A stretch of 64,000 nt of DNA from contig OY771587.1 in NCBI GenBank assembly GCA_963674825.1, positions 3,360,001 through 3,424,000 of the forward strand, given 5' to 3'. The DNA comes from Candidatus Cloacimonadales bacterium (GTDB taxonomy: Bacteria; Cloacimonadota; Cloacimonadia; Cloacimonadales; JAIOQZ01). A model generated the notes under the pieces. That model ran no database searches. It was not told where the DNA came from and saw only the letters and a program-made list of their open reading frames with translations. Shown here piece by piece: positions 18,615 through 28,577 of the stretch. Made by a program: the position numbers and the translations under genes. Within the stretch, counting starts at the first letter, position 1, and every line of letters starts with the position of its first letter.

Positions 18615-20484
18615 CCTCGAACAGATTGCAGCAAGCTATCAAAAGAATCGCAAGGACTGCGCACGCCGTGTGATCATATGCGCCGGAACAGGCTGCATCG
18701 CGAACGGATCGCTTAAGGTTCATGCCGCGCTGAAACGCATCGCCTCCGAAAGAGGTCTGGATGTGACTATCGAGCTCAAGGGTGAAGACAAACACGACGT
18801 CCTGCTCTCCAAGAGCGGATGTCAGGGATTCTGTCAGGTCGGTCCATTGGTTACGATTGAACCGGAAGGTTTTCTCTACACACATGTTAAGCCAGAAGAT
18901 GCTGAGGAAATCGTACATACCACTCTGCAACACGGAAAAGCCGTTGACCGCCTGCTTTACAGAATTCCCGCAGACCAAACAGTCTGCCCGACGACACAGG
19001 ATATTCCTTTCTATGCCAGACAAACACGTAACGTGCTCGATAAATGCGGACGAATCGATCCGGAGAATATCGACGAATACATCGCCGACGGGGGCTACGT
19101 CGCGGCACGTAAAGCCTGGCTCGAACTGACACCGGAAGAAATTTGCAACACCTATAAAGAAGCAGGTTTACGGGGCAAAGGCGGCGGCGGCTTTTCCGCT
19201 GGCGTTAAATGGGACCTCTCCCGGAAACAACCATCTGAAGATAAATACATCATTTGCAACGGAGACGAAGGCGATCCGGGCGCGTTCATGGATCGCAGTG
19301 TCCTCGAGGGCAATCCCCACAGCGTGATCGAAGGTATGTTGATCGCGGCGAGGGGATCGAAGGCCAACCACGGTTACGTCTATGTTCGCATGGAATACCC
19401 GCTGGCATGCGCCAGAATTCGCAAGGCGATTGTGGATGCCGAACAGCAGGGAATTCTTGGCGACAACATCTTCGGATCCGGCCATTCATTCGATATAAAG
19501 GTAATGGAAGGCGCCGGCGCGTTCGTCTGTGGCGAAGGCTCGGCGATGATCGCTTCCATCGAAGGCGGAAGAGGCATGCCCAGGACCAAGCCGCCACGGT
19601 CGGCGGAAGTCGGTCTGTTTGGCAAGCCCACCGTTATCAACAATGTGGAGACTTTGGCGACGGTCCCGCAGATTCTGCGTCATGGCGTCGAGAAATTCCG
19701 CTCCATCGGCACGGAGAAATCACCCGGAACCAAGGCGTTCGCCCTCACCGGTCACGTGGCCAATACCGGCCTGATCGAGGTTCCCTTCGGTACAACCATC
19801 CGCGAGATTGTGTTCAATATCGGTGGTGGCGTGATCAATGACAACGGCGAGATCGACAACGACAGCTTCAAGGCTGTGCAGATCGGCGGACCGTCCGGTG
19901 GTTGCCTCACGGCTGATCATCTCGATGTACCGCTCGATTTCGATTCGCTCTCTTCCATTGGCGCGATGGTCGGCTCCGGCGGACTGGTTGTGATGAACAA
20001 GAGCACCTGCATGGTCAGGATCGCGTCTTTCTTCATGAAGTTCACCCAGCACGAAAGCTGTGGGAAGTGCGTGCCGTGTCGCGAAGGAACCCGCCAGATG
20101 CTTGAACTGCTGGAAGACATCACCGAAGGTCGCGCGGACGAGACTACCATTCCGCTTCTCGAAGATACCGCCGAGACCGTACAGATCACCTCGCTCTGCG
20201 GTCTGGGAAAATCAGCTCCGAGCCCGGTTCTTTCCACTCTGCGTTATTTCCGCGATGAATACGATGCGCACGTTGTCGGTAAATACTGCCCGACGCGCGA
20301 ATGTAGCGCGCTGGTTCCGATCACCATCGATCCCAACATCTGTGTGGGCTGTACGCTCTGTAAGCGCAGTTGCCCGGTTGGCGCGATCACCGGAACCGTG
20401 AAGCAACCGCATTCCATCGATCCCGAGAAGTGCATCAAGTGCGGTGCCTGTATCGAAGTCTGTAAATTCAAGGCGATTTCCTGA
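18607..20484 (+). CDS. hydB: [FeFe]-hydrogenase beta subunit (NuoF-like flavoprotein), electron-bifurcating type
   Basis: N-terminal 2Fe-2S 'CAGTGC'; 'CNGDEGDPGAFMDR'; 'GGPSGG'; 'ESCGKCVPCREG'; two C-terminal 4Fe-4S motifs. Confidence 0.92.
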   Translation: MCNLEQIAASYQKNRKDCARRVIICAGTGCIANGSLKVHAALKRIASERGLDVTIELKGEDKHDVLLSKSGCQGFCQVGPLVTIEPEGFLYTHVKPEDAEEIVHTTLQHGKAVDRLLYRIPADQTVCPTTQDIPFYARQTRNVLDKCGRIDPENIDEYIADGGYVAARKAWLELTPEEICNTYKEAGLRGKGGGGFSAGVKWDLSRKQPSEDKYIICNGDEGDPGAFMDRSVLEGNPHSVIEGMLIAARGSKANHGYVYVRMEYPLACARIRKAIVDAEQQGILGDNIFGSGHSFDIKVMEGAGAFVCGEGSAMIASIEGGRGMPRTKPPRSAEVGLFGKPTVINNVETLATVPQILRHGVEKFRSIGTEKSPGTKAFALTGHVANTGLIEVPFGTTIREIVFNIGGGVINDNGEIDNDSFKAVQIGGPSGGCLTADHLDVPLDFDSLSSIGAMVGSGGLVVMNKSTCMVRIASFFMKFTQHESCGKCVPCREGTRQMLELLEDITEGRADETTIPLLEDTAETVQITSLCGLGKSAPSPVLSTLRYFRDEYDAHVVGKYCPTRECSALVPITIDPNICVGCTLCKRSCPVGAITGTVKQPHSIDPEKCIKCGACIEVCKFKAIS

Positions 20485-20492
20485 AGGAGTGA

Positions 20493-22493
20493 ATGATGAA
20501 GCCGATGATTTATATTAACGACCGACCGATCCCTCTGGAAGGGGAGAAGAATATATTAGCCGTCGCGCGCAAGGCGCATATCGATATCCCGACCTTCTGC
20601 TACCACTCTGAACTGAGCACCTATGGCGCGTGCCGGCTGTGCCTTGTCGAAATAGAAGGAAAGGGAATCGTCACGAGCTGCTCAACGCCGCCACGGGAGA
20701 ACATGCGTGTTTATACGCACACCCGTCAGATCCAGCGTCTTCGCAAGAATATCGTCGAGATGCTGCTGGCAAACCACGATCAGCAATGCCCGACTTGCGC
20801 ACGTTCCGAGACATGCAGTCTGCGCTCTCTGAGCGCGAAGCTGGGTATCGAGAACGTCCGCTACAGAAAAACCCGCAACCCCAAGGAGAAAGACACCGGT
20901 TCCATCGCGCTGGTTCGCGACCCGAACAAGTGCGTTCTCTGCGGTGACTGCGTTCGCTACTGCGACGAGATTCAGGGAATCGGCGCGATCGATTTCTCGA
21001 ACCGTGGGGAAGACGTGGTTGTTGCAACGGCCTTCAACAAGAGTATGGCCGATGTCGATTGCGTGAACTGCGGCCAGTGCGCGGCTGTCTGTCCGGTTGG
21101 TGCGATTACCATTCGTTCGCACACCGTCAATGTCTGGGACGAGATTCACGATCGCGAAAAGACCGTTGTGGCGCAGATTGCTCCGGCGGTTCGCGTAGCG
21201 ATCGGCGAAATGTTCGGCATGCCGTCCGGCGAAGTGACGACCGGAAAGATCGTTACCGCGATGCGTATGCTGGGCTTCGACCAGGTTTACGATACATCCT
21301 TCGCAGCCGACCTGACCGTCGTGGAAGAGGCCAACGAGCTGCTTAAACGCAAGAGTGCCGCAGGCAAGCTGCCGGTGTTCACCTCCTGCTGTCCCGCGTG
21401 GGTAAAATACGCCGAGCAATCGCAACCCGATCTGCTTCCGTATCTCTCATCCTGTCGCTCACCGCAGCAGATGTTTGGTTCCATCGCGCGCAATATGTTG
21501 CCGCAGAAGCTTGGAATCAAGCAGGAAAATCTCGTGGTTGTCTCAATTATGCCATGTACGGCGAAGAAATACGAGTGCGCTCGTCCCGAATTCAGGACGG
21601 ACGGCTTCCAGGATGTCGATTACGCGCTTACCACGCAGGAACTCGGCAATATGATCAAGGAAGCGGGTATTGATTTCGCAGCGCTCGAACCGGAAGCGAT
21701 GGATCTTCCCATGGGCATGGCGACCGGTGCCGGTGTCCTCTTTGGTAAGACCGGTGGCGTCAGCGAAGCGGTGATCCGCTATGCTGCCGACGTGCTGGGC
21801 GCGGAATGCCCGGACGCGATCGACCTCGAAGAAATCCGAGGCGTGAAGGGTATTCGCGAGACGGAAATCGAGTTCGGTTCCACCAAGCTTCGCATGGCTG
21901 TCGTGCATGGACTCAAGAATGCCGCGACCGTGGCGAAGAAAGTCCTCAGCGGTGAGATGGAGTATGACATTGTGGAAGTGATGGCTTGCCCAGGCGGCTG
22001 CATTGGCGGCGCTGGACAGCCGATTGTTCACTCAGAAGATAAGCGCCAGATGCGTGCAACAGCCATCACCCATACAGACAAGGTCAGTCCGCTCAAGAAA
22101 TCCCATCGTAATCCTTACATTCAGGAGCTTTACAACACGATGCTCGACGCGCCCAACAGCGAAGTCGCGCACAAGATGTTGCATACACATTATACAAGCC
22201 GAAAGCGCATCGCGGACGAGAATATCTCGCTTACGGGAACCTCCTCATCCGAGCGAATCAAGGTCCGCGTATGCGTGGGCACGAGCTGCTATCTTCGTGG
22301 AGCGCACGACTTGCTCGCGAACCTGTTGAAGGCTGTTGAAGAAAACGAATGGACTCAGAAAGTCGATCTTGGTGCAACCTTCTGTACGGAGCGTTGCGAC
22401 CGCGGACCGTCCGTGTCAGTCGGCGATGAGGTGCTCCATTTCGCGACACTTGAGAACGTGCTTTCGATGATCCAGGGTGCGATCGGAGCGTAG
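20493..22493 (+). CDS. hydA: [FeFe]-hydrogenase catalytic subunit (group A3) with C-terminal 2Fe-2S domain
   Basis: H-cluster motifs TSCCPAW, MPCTAKKYE, EVMACPGGCIGGAGQP; N-terminal FeS domains; C-terminal 'CVGTSC'. Confidence 0.95.
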   Translation: MMKPMIYINDRPIPLEGEKNILAVARKAHIDIPTFCYHSELSTYGACRLCLVEIEGKGIVTSCSTPPRENMRVYTHTRQIQRLRKNIVEMLLANHDQQCPTCARSETCSLRSLSAKLGIENVRYRKTRNPKEKDTGSIALVRDPNKCVLCGDCVRYCDEIQGIGAIDFSNRGEDVVVATAFNKSMADVDCVNCGQCAAVCPVGAITIRSHTVNVWDEIHDREKTVVAQIAPAVRVAIGEMFGMPSGEVTTGKIVTAMRMLGFDQVYDTSFAADLTVVEEANELLKRKSAAGKLPVFTSCCPAWVKYAEQSQPDLLPYLSSCRSPQQMFGSIARNMLPQKLGIKQENLVVVSIMPCTAKKYECARPEFRTDGFQDVDYALTTQELGNMIKEAGIDFAALEPEAMDLPMGMATGAGVLFGKTGGVSEAVIRYAADVLGAECPDAIDLEEIRGVKGIRETEIEFGSTKLRMAVVHGLKNAATVAKKVLSGEMEYDIVEVMACPGGCIGGAGQPIVHSEDKRQMRATAITHTDKVSPLKKSHRNPYIQELYNTMLDAPNSEVAHKMLHTHYTSRKRIADENISLTGTSSSERIKVRVCVGTSCYLRGAHDLLANLLKAVEENEWTQKVDLGATFCTERCDRGPSVSVGDEVLHFATLENVLSMIQGAIGA

Positions 22494-22494
22494 G

Positions 22495-22728
22495 ATGAAG
22501 GTAATCAAGATATGCATGGGAAGTTCTTGCTTCGCAAGAGCGAACCGCGAAAATCTGTCCATGATCGAAGACTACATCAAGTCGCACGGTCTGGAAGGAT
22601 TCGTCCGTCTGGAGGGCTCGCTTTGCCTCGGCGAATGCGGTAAAGGCCCGAACATGGTCATCGATGGTGTCTTTTATCACAATGTGCAGCCGGAGAATAT
22701 CGTCCAGTTGCTTGACGAGAATCTATAA
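22495..22728 (+). CDS. thioredoxin-like 2Fe-2S protein (HfsA-like)
   Basis: 'ICMGSSCF', 'CLGECGKGP'. Confidence 0.85.
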   Translation: MKVIKICMGSSCFARANRENLSMIEDYIKSHGLEGFVRLEGSLCLGECGKGPNMVIDGVFYHNVQPENIVQLLDENL

Positions 22729-22745
22729 CCTGAAGGAATCATCCT

Positions 22746-24440
22746 ATGAACGCTGAGAATCCGATCTATACCGAAAAGACCGAATGTCAGGACTGCTACA
22801 AATGCGTGCGAAATTGCCCGGTTAAGGCAATTCTGGTTCGCGACGGCAGTGCCGCGGTTATCGCTGAAGACTGTCTCTACTGTGGGAAATGCACACTGGT
22901 CTGTCCCGTGGGCGCAAAGAAGGTGCGCGACGATATCGATGTGGCACGAAAGCTGATTGCTTCGGGCAAGAAGGTCTATGCCTCGCTAGCGCCGTCGTTT
23001 CGTAGCGAGTTTGCCGATATCCCTGAAGGTCAGCTTCTGGCATGTATCAAGCAGCTTGGATTCGAAGGCGTCTCGGAGACGGCACTTGGCGCGCAGGAAG
23101 TTTCAGCAGCGTGTGCAAGGATCCTTTCAGAGGGTGAAAAACGAGTATATGTTTCGACCGCGTGTCCGTCGGTGGTGCGCTTAATCGAGCGATTCTACCC
23201 CGATTACATCGGCAATCTGACCGATCTGATGTCGCCGGTGCAGGCGCATGGCAGGATTCTGCGGGACCTTTACGGAGACGATATCGGTATTGTCTTCTTC
23301 AGTCCCTGCATCGCCAAAAAAACCGAAACCGGCGAGACCATCGACGTTTCGCTAACGTTCAAAGAACTTCGCAGATGGCTCAACAGCGAGTCAATCGTAG
23401 TCTCGGATGAAACAGCCGCCTTCGTGCCGGAAAAAGCCGAAGAAGGCGGCTGGTATCCTATCGACGGCGGTATGATTGACGGTATACGTCAGAATCGCCA
23501 GCTCAGTGATGTGCAATTCCTCTGCGTCAGCGGCGTTAAGAACATCATGGAATCGCTGGAAGATATCAACAAGCTCAATCTGGATGCGCCGGTGTTTATC
23601 GAAGCACTCGCCTGTGAAGGCGGATGTGTGAACGGACCGCAAGTCTCCAAGCGAGGTGCGACGGTGGTCAAGCGATCACAGATATTGAAGACAACGCCGC
23701 TTCCTTCCGAAGACGAGGCGCGCAACAGCATTCATGACATCGAACGATTTTTCCATCCCGAACCGCCCAAGAAGAAGAAGTACCTGCCTGAGCAGATTGC
23801 GCAGGCGTTACGCTGGATCGGAAAGATCCGCCACTCGGACGAACTCAATTGCGGTGGTTGTGGATATAACACCTGCCAGGATTTCGCAATTGCAATGTTG
23901 GAAGACCGTGCTGAACCTGCCATGTGCGTCTCTCATCTGAGGCGTCTGGCGCAGAACAAAGCAAATGCACTGTTGAAATCGATGCCGAGTGGCGTCGTGA
24001 TTGTGGACAAGGATCTCAAGATCCTGGAGTGCAATCCGCGTTTCGTTGAGATCATCGGCGGCGATGCCGGGATCGTGTTCGAGGTAAATCCTGAGCTTGC
24101 CGGCGTCTATCTGGAACGGTTGGTTCCCTTCCATGAGGTTTTCAAGCACGTTTTGGAAGATGGGAGCGACTCGAGGGTGATGGATATCGAGCATGACAAG
24201 AAGGTGATCCGGTTGACGGTATTCACCGTTGAGCCCCACCATACGGTTGGCGGAGTACTGCAAGACGTTACCGAGCCTGTTATTCAGAGCGAAAAGATCA
24301 TCCAGAATGCACGCGAAGTCATGAAAAAGAACCTTACGACTGTGCAGCAGATCGCGTTTTTACTGGGCGAAAACGCAGCTGATAGCGAGGTGCTCCTAAA
24401 CTCGATCATCCAGTCGTTCTCTCGGAAAGGGCAGGAGTAA
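22746..24440 (+). CDS. putative sensory [FeFe]-hydrogenase with PAS domain (group C; HydS/HfsB-like)
   Basis: 2x4Fe-4S; variant H-cluster motifs STACPS, SPCIAKKTE, EALACEGGCVNGP; 'LNCGGCGYNTC'; PAS 'MPSGVVIVD...CN'. Confidence 0.88.
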   Translation: MNAENPIYTEKTECQDCYKCVRNCPVKAILVRDGSAAVIAEDCLYCGKCTLVCPVGAKKVRDDIDVARKLIASGKKVYASLAPSFRSEFADIPEGQLLACIKQLGFEGVSETALGAQEVSAACARILSEGEKRVYVSTACPSVVRLIERFYPDYIGNLTDLMSPVQAHGRILRDLYGDDIGIVFFSPCIAKKTETGETIDVSLTFKELRRWLNSESIVVSDETAAFVPEKAEEGGWYPIDGGMIDGIRQNRQLSDVQFLCVSGVKNIMESLEDINKLNLDAPVFIEALACEGGCVNGPQVSKRGATVVKRSQILKTTPLPSEDEARNSIHDIERFFHPEPPKKKKYLPEQIAQALRWIGKIRHSDELNCGGCGYNTCQDFAIAMLEDRAEPAMCVSHLRRLAQNKANALLKSMPSGVVIVDKDLKILECNPRFVEIIGGDAGIVFEVNPELAGVYLERLVPFHEVFKHVLEDGSDSRVMDIEHDKKVIRLTVFTVEPHHTVGGVLQDVTEPVIQSEKIIQNAREVMKKNLTTVQQIAFLLGENAADSEVLLNSIIQSFSRKGQE

Positions 24441-25615
24441 TGGGCGAGCTCTATCTGGAAGTCGATTATTATCAATTGCGCAAGCATGGGCAGGGTGTCA
24501 GCGGTGATCATTTCACCAGCCTGAAGGACAACGACCGCGTGGTTTCTGTGCTGGCAGATGGCCTCGGAAGTGGCGTGAAAGCCGGAGTATTGGCTACGCT
24601 CACCACCACGATGGCCTCGAAATTCGTCTTATCCAACATGGATATCCGGCGTGCTGCGGAGATTATTCTGGAGACGTTACCGGTATGCTCCAGGCGTAAA
24701 ATAGGTTATTCCACGTTTACCATCGTCGATGCCGGAGCAGATGGCTCTGTGCGTATCATCGAGTATGATAATCCCTCGATTGTATTGCTACGCGACGGTA
24801 AATCGCAATCCTTAAACAAGAACGAGATTACCCTGAGCAACGAACGCAAGGGACGCCTTTTCTATTCAACGCTCAAAATGGAGCCGGAAGATCGCCTGGT
24901 ATTCTTCTCCGACGGTGTGACGCAATCGGGCATGGGCTCGGCGTATATGCCGTTGGGGTGGTCGGAAAAGGGCGTGGTACGGTTTCTTGAACACGAGCTG
25001 AAAGAAAATCGCTCCATATCCGCTGGTGAGCTATGCATGCAGACAACCCGACGAGCGCTCGAGTACGACAACCACAAGGCCATGGATGATATTACTTGTG
25101 CAGCGCTTTATCTGCGCGAGCCGCGAAAGCTCCTCGTGATGACCGGGCCTCCCTATAATCGGGATCAGGATGCCACACTGGCGAATATAACGCGGGAATT
25201 CAAGGGTCGAAAGGTTATCTGCGGCGGCACGACATCTTCCATTATCTCGCGGGAACTGAATATTCCTATCTCTGTAAAGCTCGACGAAGTCCGGCGCGGA
25301 GCAGACATCCCTCCTACAGCCGAGATGGAGGGATTTGAACTGGTTACTGAAGGTACTATCACGCTGAGCCGCTGCCTGCAACTCCTGGATAAGGAACACC
25401 CACTTGAGAAGGTCAAGCACAGCCCCATAAAGACTCTCGCGCGGCTCTTCATCGAAAGCGATATCGTGCAATTCGTGGTGGGAACGCGTATTAACGAAGC
25501 GCATCAGGATCCCTCGCTTCCCCGTGAACTTGAGATTCGTCGTAACCTGATCAAGCATTTCTGCGATGTTCTCGAGAAAAAGTACCTCAAGGAAACTCAC
25601 ATCGAATTTCTGTAG
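24440..25615 (+). CDS. SpoIIE/PP2C-like Ser/Thr phosphatase (HfsC-like)
   Basis: 'SGD', 'LADGLGSGVKA', 'FSDGVTQSG', 'DDIT', 'ICGGTT'. Confidence 0.88.
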   Translation: MGELYLEVDYYQLRKHGQGVSGDHFTSLKDNDRVVSVLADGLGSGVKAGVLATLTTTMASKFVLSNMDIRRAAEIILETLPVCSRRKIGYSTFTIVDAGADGSVRIIEYDNPSIVLLRDGKSQSLNKNEITLSNERKGRLFYSTLKMEPEDRLVFFSDGVTQSGMGSAYMPLGWSEKGVVRFLEHELKENRSISAGELCMQTTRRALEYDNHKAMDDITCAALYLREPRKLLVMTGPPYNRDQDATLANITREFKGRKVICGGTTSSIISRELNIPISVKLDEVRRGADIPPTAEMEGFELVTEGTITLSRCLQLLDKEHPLEKVKHSPIKTLARLFIESDIVQFVVGTRINEAHQDPSLPRELEIRRNLIKHFCDVLEKKYLKETHIEFL

Positions 25616-25904
25616 TCCTCCTGACATCTTCGCTTAGGGCAGCCAGTAGAAGAAGAGTGCTCTATGAGAAAATGACGATATCGGTTTTCTGAACATCTCA
25701 CTGGCAAGTGCCAAGTATTAACATACATCATCGATTAGGCCCGTTTGGTCGCAAAGTTTCTGGCCGATATTGAGGTAACCCATTACCCCGTTTAAGGACA
25801 TTTCAGAGCATCCGAACCTCAAAGAACAATATGGCGTATTGCTGTTACTCTGTTTTTCATTGACATCCAGGCCTGTAGTTCAAAATGAAGAATTCGGAGG
25901 AAGT

Positions 25905-27704
25905 ATGAAGCGGGACTATATCCGTAATTTCTGCATTATCGCACATATTGACCATGGTAAATCAACCTTGGCAGACCGTCTGCTTGAAGTAACGCATGTC
26001 GTGGACAAAGGGCGTCATTACGACCAACTGCTTGACGATATGGATCTGGAGCGGGAGCGCGGCATCACTATTAAATCGCACGCGATCCGCATGGAACACA
26101 CAAAAGACGGACAGAAATATATCTTGAATCTAATCGACACTCCCGGACATGTCGATTTCAGCTATGAAGTATCACGGAGCCTTGCTTCGTGTGATGGCGC
26201 GGTGCTTCTTGTCGATGCCTCCCAAGGTATCGAAGCGCAGACGATGAGCAACCTTTATCTTGCAATGGACAACAATCTCGAGGTTGTACCGGTGATCAAC
26301 AAGATCGATATCCCCGGTGTCGACCTCGACTCGATCGTACATGAAATCGTTGATACAATTGGCGTTGACGAGGAAGATATCTTCAAAATCAGCGCGAAGA
26401 CAGGACAAGGTGTGGACGAACTGCTCGACGGAATCATCGAGAAGATTCCTGCTCCGGCTGGAGACACCTCGTCGCAACCGCGTGCGCTCATCTTTGATAG
26501 CTACTACGATGTCTATCGTGGTGTGATCACACTGATTCGTATGTACGACGGAAAGCTTTCCAGAGGCGATGGGATTCGCTTCCTGTCCACCGGCATGGAA
26601 TATGAAGTCGATGAGATCGGCTATCTTGGTCTTAAACCTGTACCGATCGAAAGCCTCGAGGCTGGAGAAGTTGGGTATATCATTGCAGGTATGAAGGATG
26701 TTTCCGAAGCGAAGGTAGGTGACACCGTAACTATTGCGGGTCATTCAGAAGTATTGCCGCTTCCGGGATTCCAGGAGCCCAAGCCGATGGTTTACAGCGG
26801 TGTATTTCCGATTGATAAGGATGAATACGTACACCTGACCGACAGCCTTGCCAAGCTGAAGTTGAACGATGCTTCACTCGTCTATGAGAAGGAGAGTTCG
26901 CTGGCGCTGGGATACGGTTTCCGTTGTGGATTCCTTGGCATGCTGCATCTCGAGATCGTCAAAGAGCGCCTTTTGCGCGAATACGATTGCCCGATTATTA
27001 CCACTACCCCCAGCGTGCGTTTCATGATCTATAGAACAGACGGAGAGGTGCTGGAAATCCATAATCCAGTTGATTTCCCTGATCCGGTGCTGATTGACCA
27101 TGTCGAAGAACCGTTTATGCTTGTTGAAGTTATCGTTCCCTCAGAGTTTGTGGGGAATATCCTGAAATTGACTCAGGAGCGTCGTGGTGTGCAGCGAAAC
27201 ATGCAGTATATCGATGATAAGCGCATGATGCTGGAATACGAGATGCCTCTGATTGAGATTGTATTCGATTTTTATGATAAACTGAAATCGGTAAGCCGGG
27301 GATATGCGTCGCTGGACTACCATTTCCTCGAATTTCGTAGATCGCCGATCGTTAAGGTCGATATCCTGATCAATGCTGAAAAAGTGGATGCGATGAGCTT
27401 TATGTGCCATGAAGAAAAAGCGTTTGCCTGGGGTAAGAGCATTACGGAGACTCTTTCTGAGGAGATTCCGAAGCATCTGTTCAAGATCGCCCTGCAGGCT
27501 TCGATCGGCTCGAAAATCATTGCCCGCAGCACCATCAACGCCCTCCGCAAGAACGTTACCGCGAAGTGCTATGGTGGTGATATCACACGTAAAAAGAAAT
27601 TATTGGAGAAACAAAAAGAAGGTAAGAAGCGCATGAAGGAAGTGGGCTCGGTCCACGTCCCGCAGGAAGCGTTTCTTTCCGTATTGAAAGCGGACCGTTC
27701 ATAG
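25905..27704 (+). CDS. lepA: translation elongation factor 4
   Basis: 'IRNFCIIAHIDHGKSTLADR', 'DTPGHVDF', 'GFRCGFLGMLH', 'KCYGGDITRKKKLL'. Confidence 0.97.
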   Translation: MKRDYIRNFCIIAHIDHGKSTLADRLLEVTHVVDKGRHYDQLLDDMDLERERGITIKSHAIRMEHTKDGQKYILNLIDTPGHVDFSYEVSRSLASCDGAVLLVDASQGIEAQTMSNLYLAMDNNLEVVPVINKIDIPGVDLDSIVHEIVDTIGVDEEDIFKISAKTGQGVDELLDGIIEKIPAPAGDTSSQPRALIFDSYYDVYRGVITLIRMYDGKLSRGDGIRFLSTGMEYEVDEIGYLGLKPVPIESLEAGEVGYIIAGMKDVSEAKVGDTVTIAGHSEVLPLPGFQEPKPMVYSGVFPIDKDEYVHLTDSLAKLKLNDASLVYEKESSLALGYGFRCGFLGMLHLEIVKERLLREYDCPIITTTPSVRFMIYRTDGEVLEIHNPVDFPDPVLIDHVEEPFMLVEVIVPSEFVGNILKLTQERRGVQRNMQYIDDKRMMLEYEMPLIEIVFDFYDKLKSVSRGYASLDYHFLEFRRSPIVKVDILINAEKVDAMSFMCHEEKAFAWGKSITETLSEEIPKHLFKIALQASIGSKIIARSTINALRKNVTAKCYGGDITRKKKLLEKQKEGKKRMKEVGSVHVPQEAFLSVLKADRS

Positions 27705-27725
27705 AACGTTTCGGGAGGATTATTT

Positions 27726-28562
27726 ATGGATCGAAGAGGAAACCTGAGAGTTGGTGTTTATATTGATGCGTCCAATATCGCCATGAATGGCGGTTATGGA
27801 ATTCATTATGACGTACTTCGTGAGTTCTCTTGTCGCAACGGTGGTGTCGCTATGCGCCTCAATTCTTATATCGCGTATGACGAAGAGCAGGCGAAGCAAA
27901 ACATCGAATATCGTAAAAAATCGAAAAGCTTCCACGCGGTATTGCGTGATTATGGTTACAAAGTCATTGTGAAGAAAGTCAGACGGTATTATGACGAACG
28001 TGGCAATGTTCATACAAAAGCGAATGCGGATCTGGATATGGCTGTCGATGCTTTGATGCAGTCGGATCGTCTTGATTCTGTGATGCTGATCACGGGAGAC
28101 GGCGATTTCATTCAGGTTGTCCGCGCTTTGCAGAGCCGGGGCTGCCGGGTAGAAGTGCTGGCATTCCAGAATGTCTCCACCGATCTGCGCACCGAAGCCG
28201 ACACGTTTACATCAGGGTATCTCGTGCCCGATCTTCTCCCCCTTGACAATTACAATGGTGAAGGCAAGAAACTCCCGTGGGGTGAAGAGGGAAGTCGAGT
28301 TCGTGGCGTATGTTATTCCTATCACCACGAAAAAGGCTTTGGTTTTCTACGTTTCATGAAAGACATTAGCGGCGGTCTCTGGATCATGGACTCCAGGCGC
28401 CATGAATCACCGTATGTATCGGTGTTCCTGCACCATTCCCAGCTCGATACGAAAGTGGACATCAACGAACTTCCTTCGCGTGACCACATCTTCGAATTCA
28501 CCCTGACAAACAGCGATCGCGGTTTGCAGGCGGTGGACGTCGAGCTCGTGTACCAATACTAA
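27726..28562 (+). CDS. NYN (LabA/DUF88) PIN-like nuclease with C-terminal cold-shock-like OB domain
   Basis: 'YIDASN', 'KANADLDMAVD', 'TGDGDF'; C-terminal 'KGFGFL...VFLHHSQL...GLQAVDV'. Confidence 0.85.
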   Translation: MDRRGNLRVGVYIDASNIAMNGGYGIHYDVLREFSCRNGGVAMRLNSYIAYDEEQAKQNIEYRKKSKSFHAVLRDYGYKVIVKKVRRYYDERGNVHTKANADLDMAVDALMQSDRLDSVMLITGDGDFIQVVRALQSRGCRVEVLAFQNVSTDLRTEADTFTSGYLVPDLLPLDNYNGEGKKLPWGEEGSRVRGVCYSYHHEKGFGFLRFMKDISGGLWIMDSRRHESPYVSVFLHHSQLDTKVDINELPSRDHIFEFTLTNSDRGLQAVDVELVYQY

Positions 28563-28577
28563 TTCCTTCTGTTTGAA

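Noticed and set aside
18114..20484. Respiratory complex I nuoEF
   Set aside because: Followed by an H-cluster subunit and no membrane nuo genes, so these are hydrogenase subunits.
25735..25790. c-di-GMP-I riboswitch suggested by GGTCGCAAAG
   Set aside because: The upstream GCAAA...GNRA stem and matching P1 pairing are missing.
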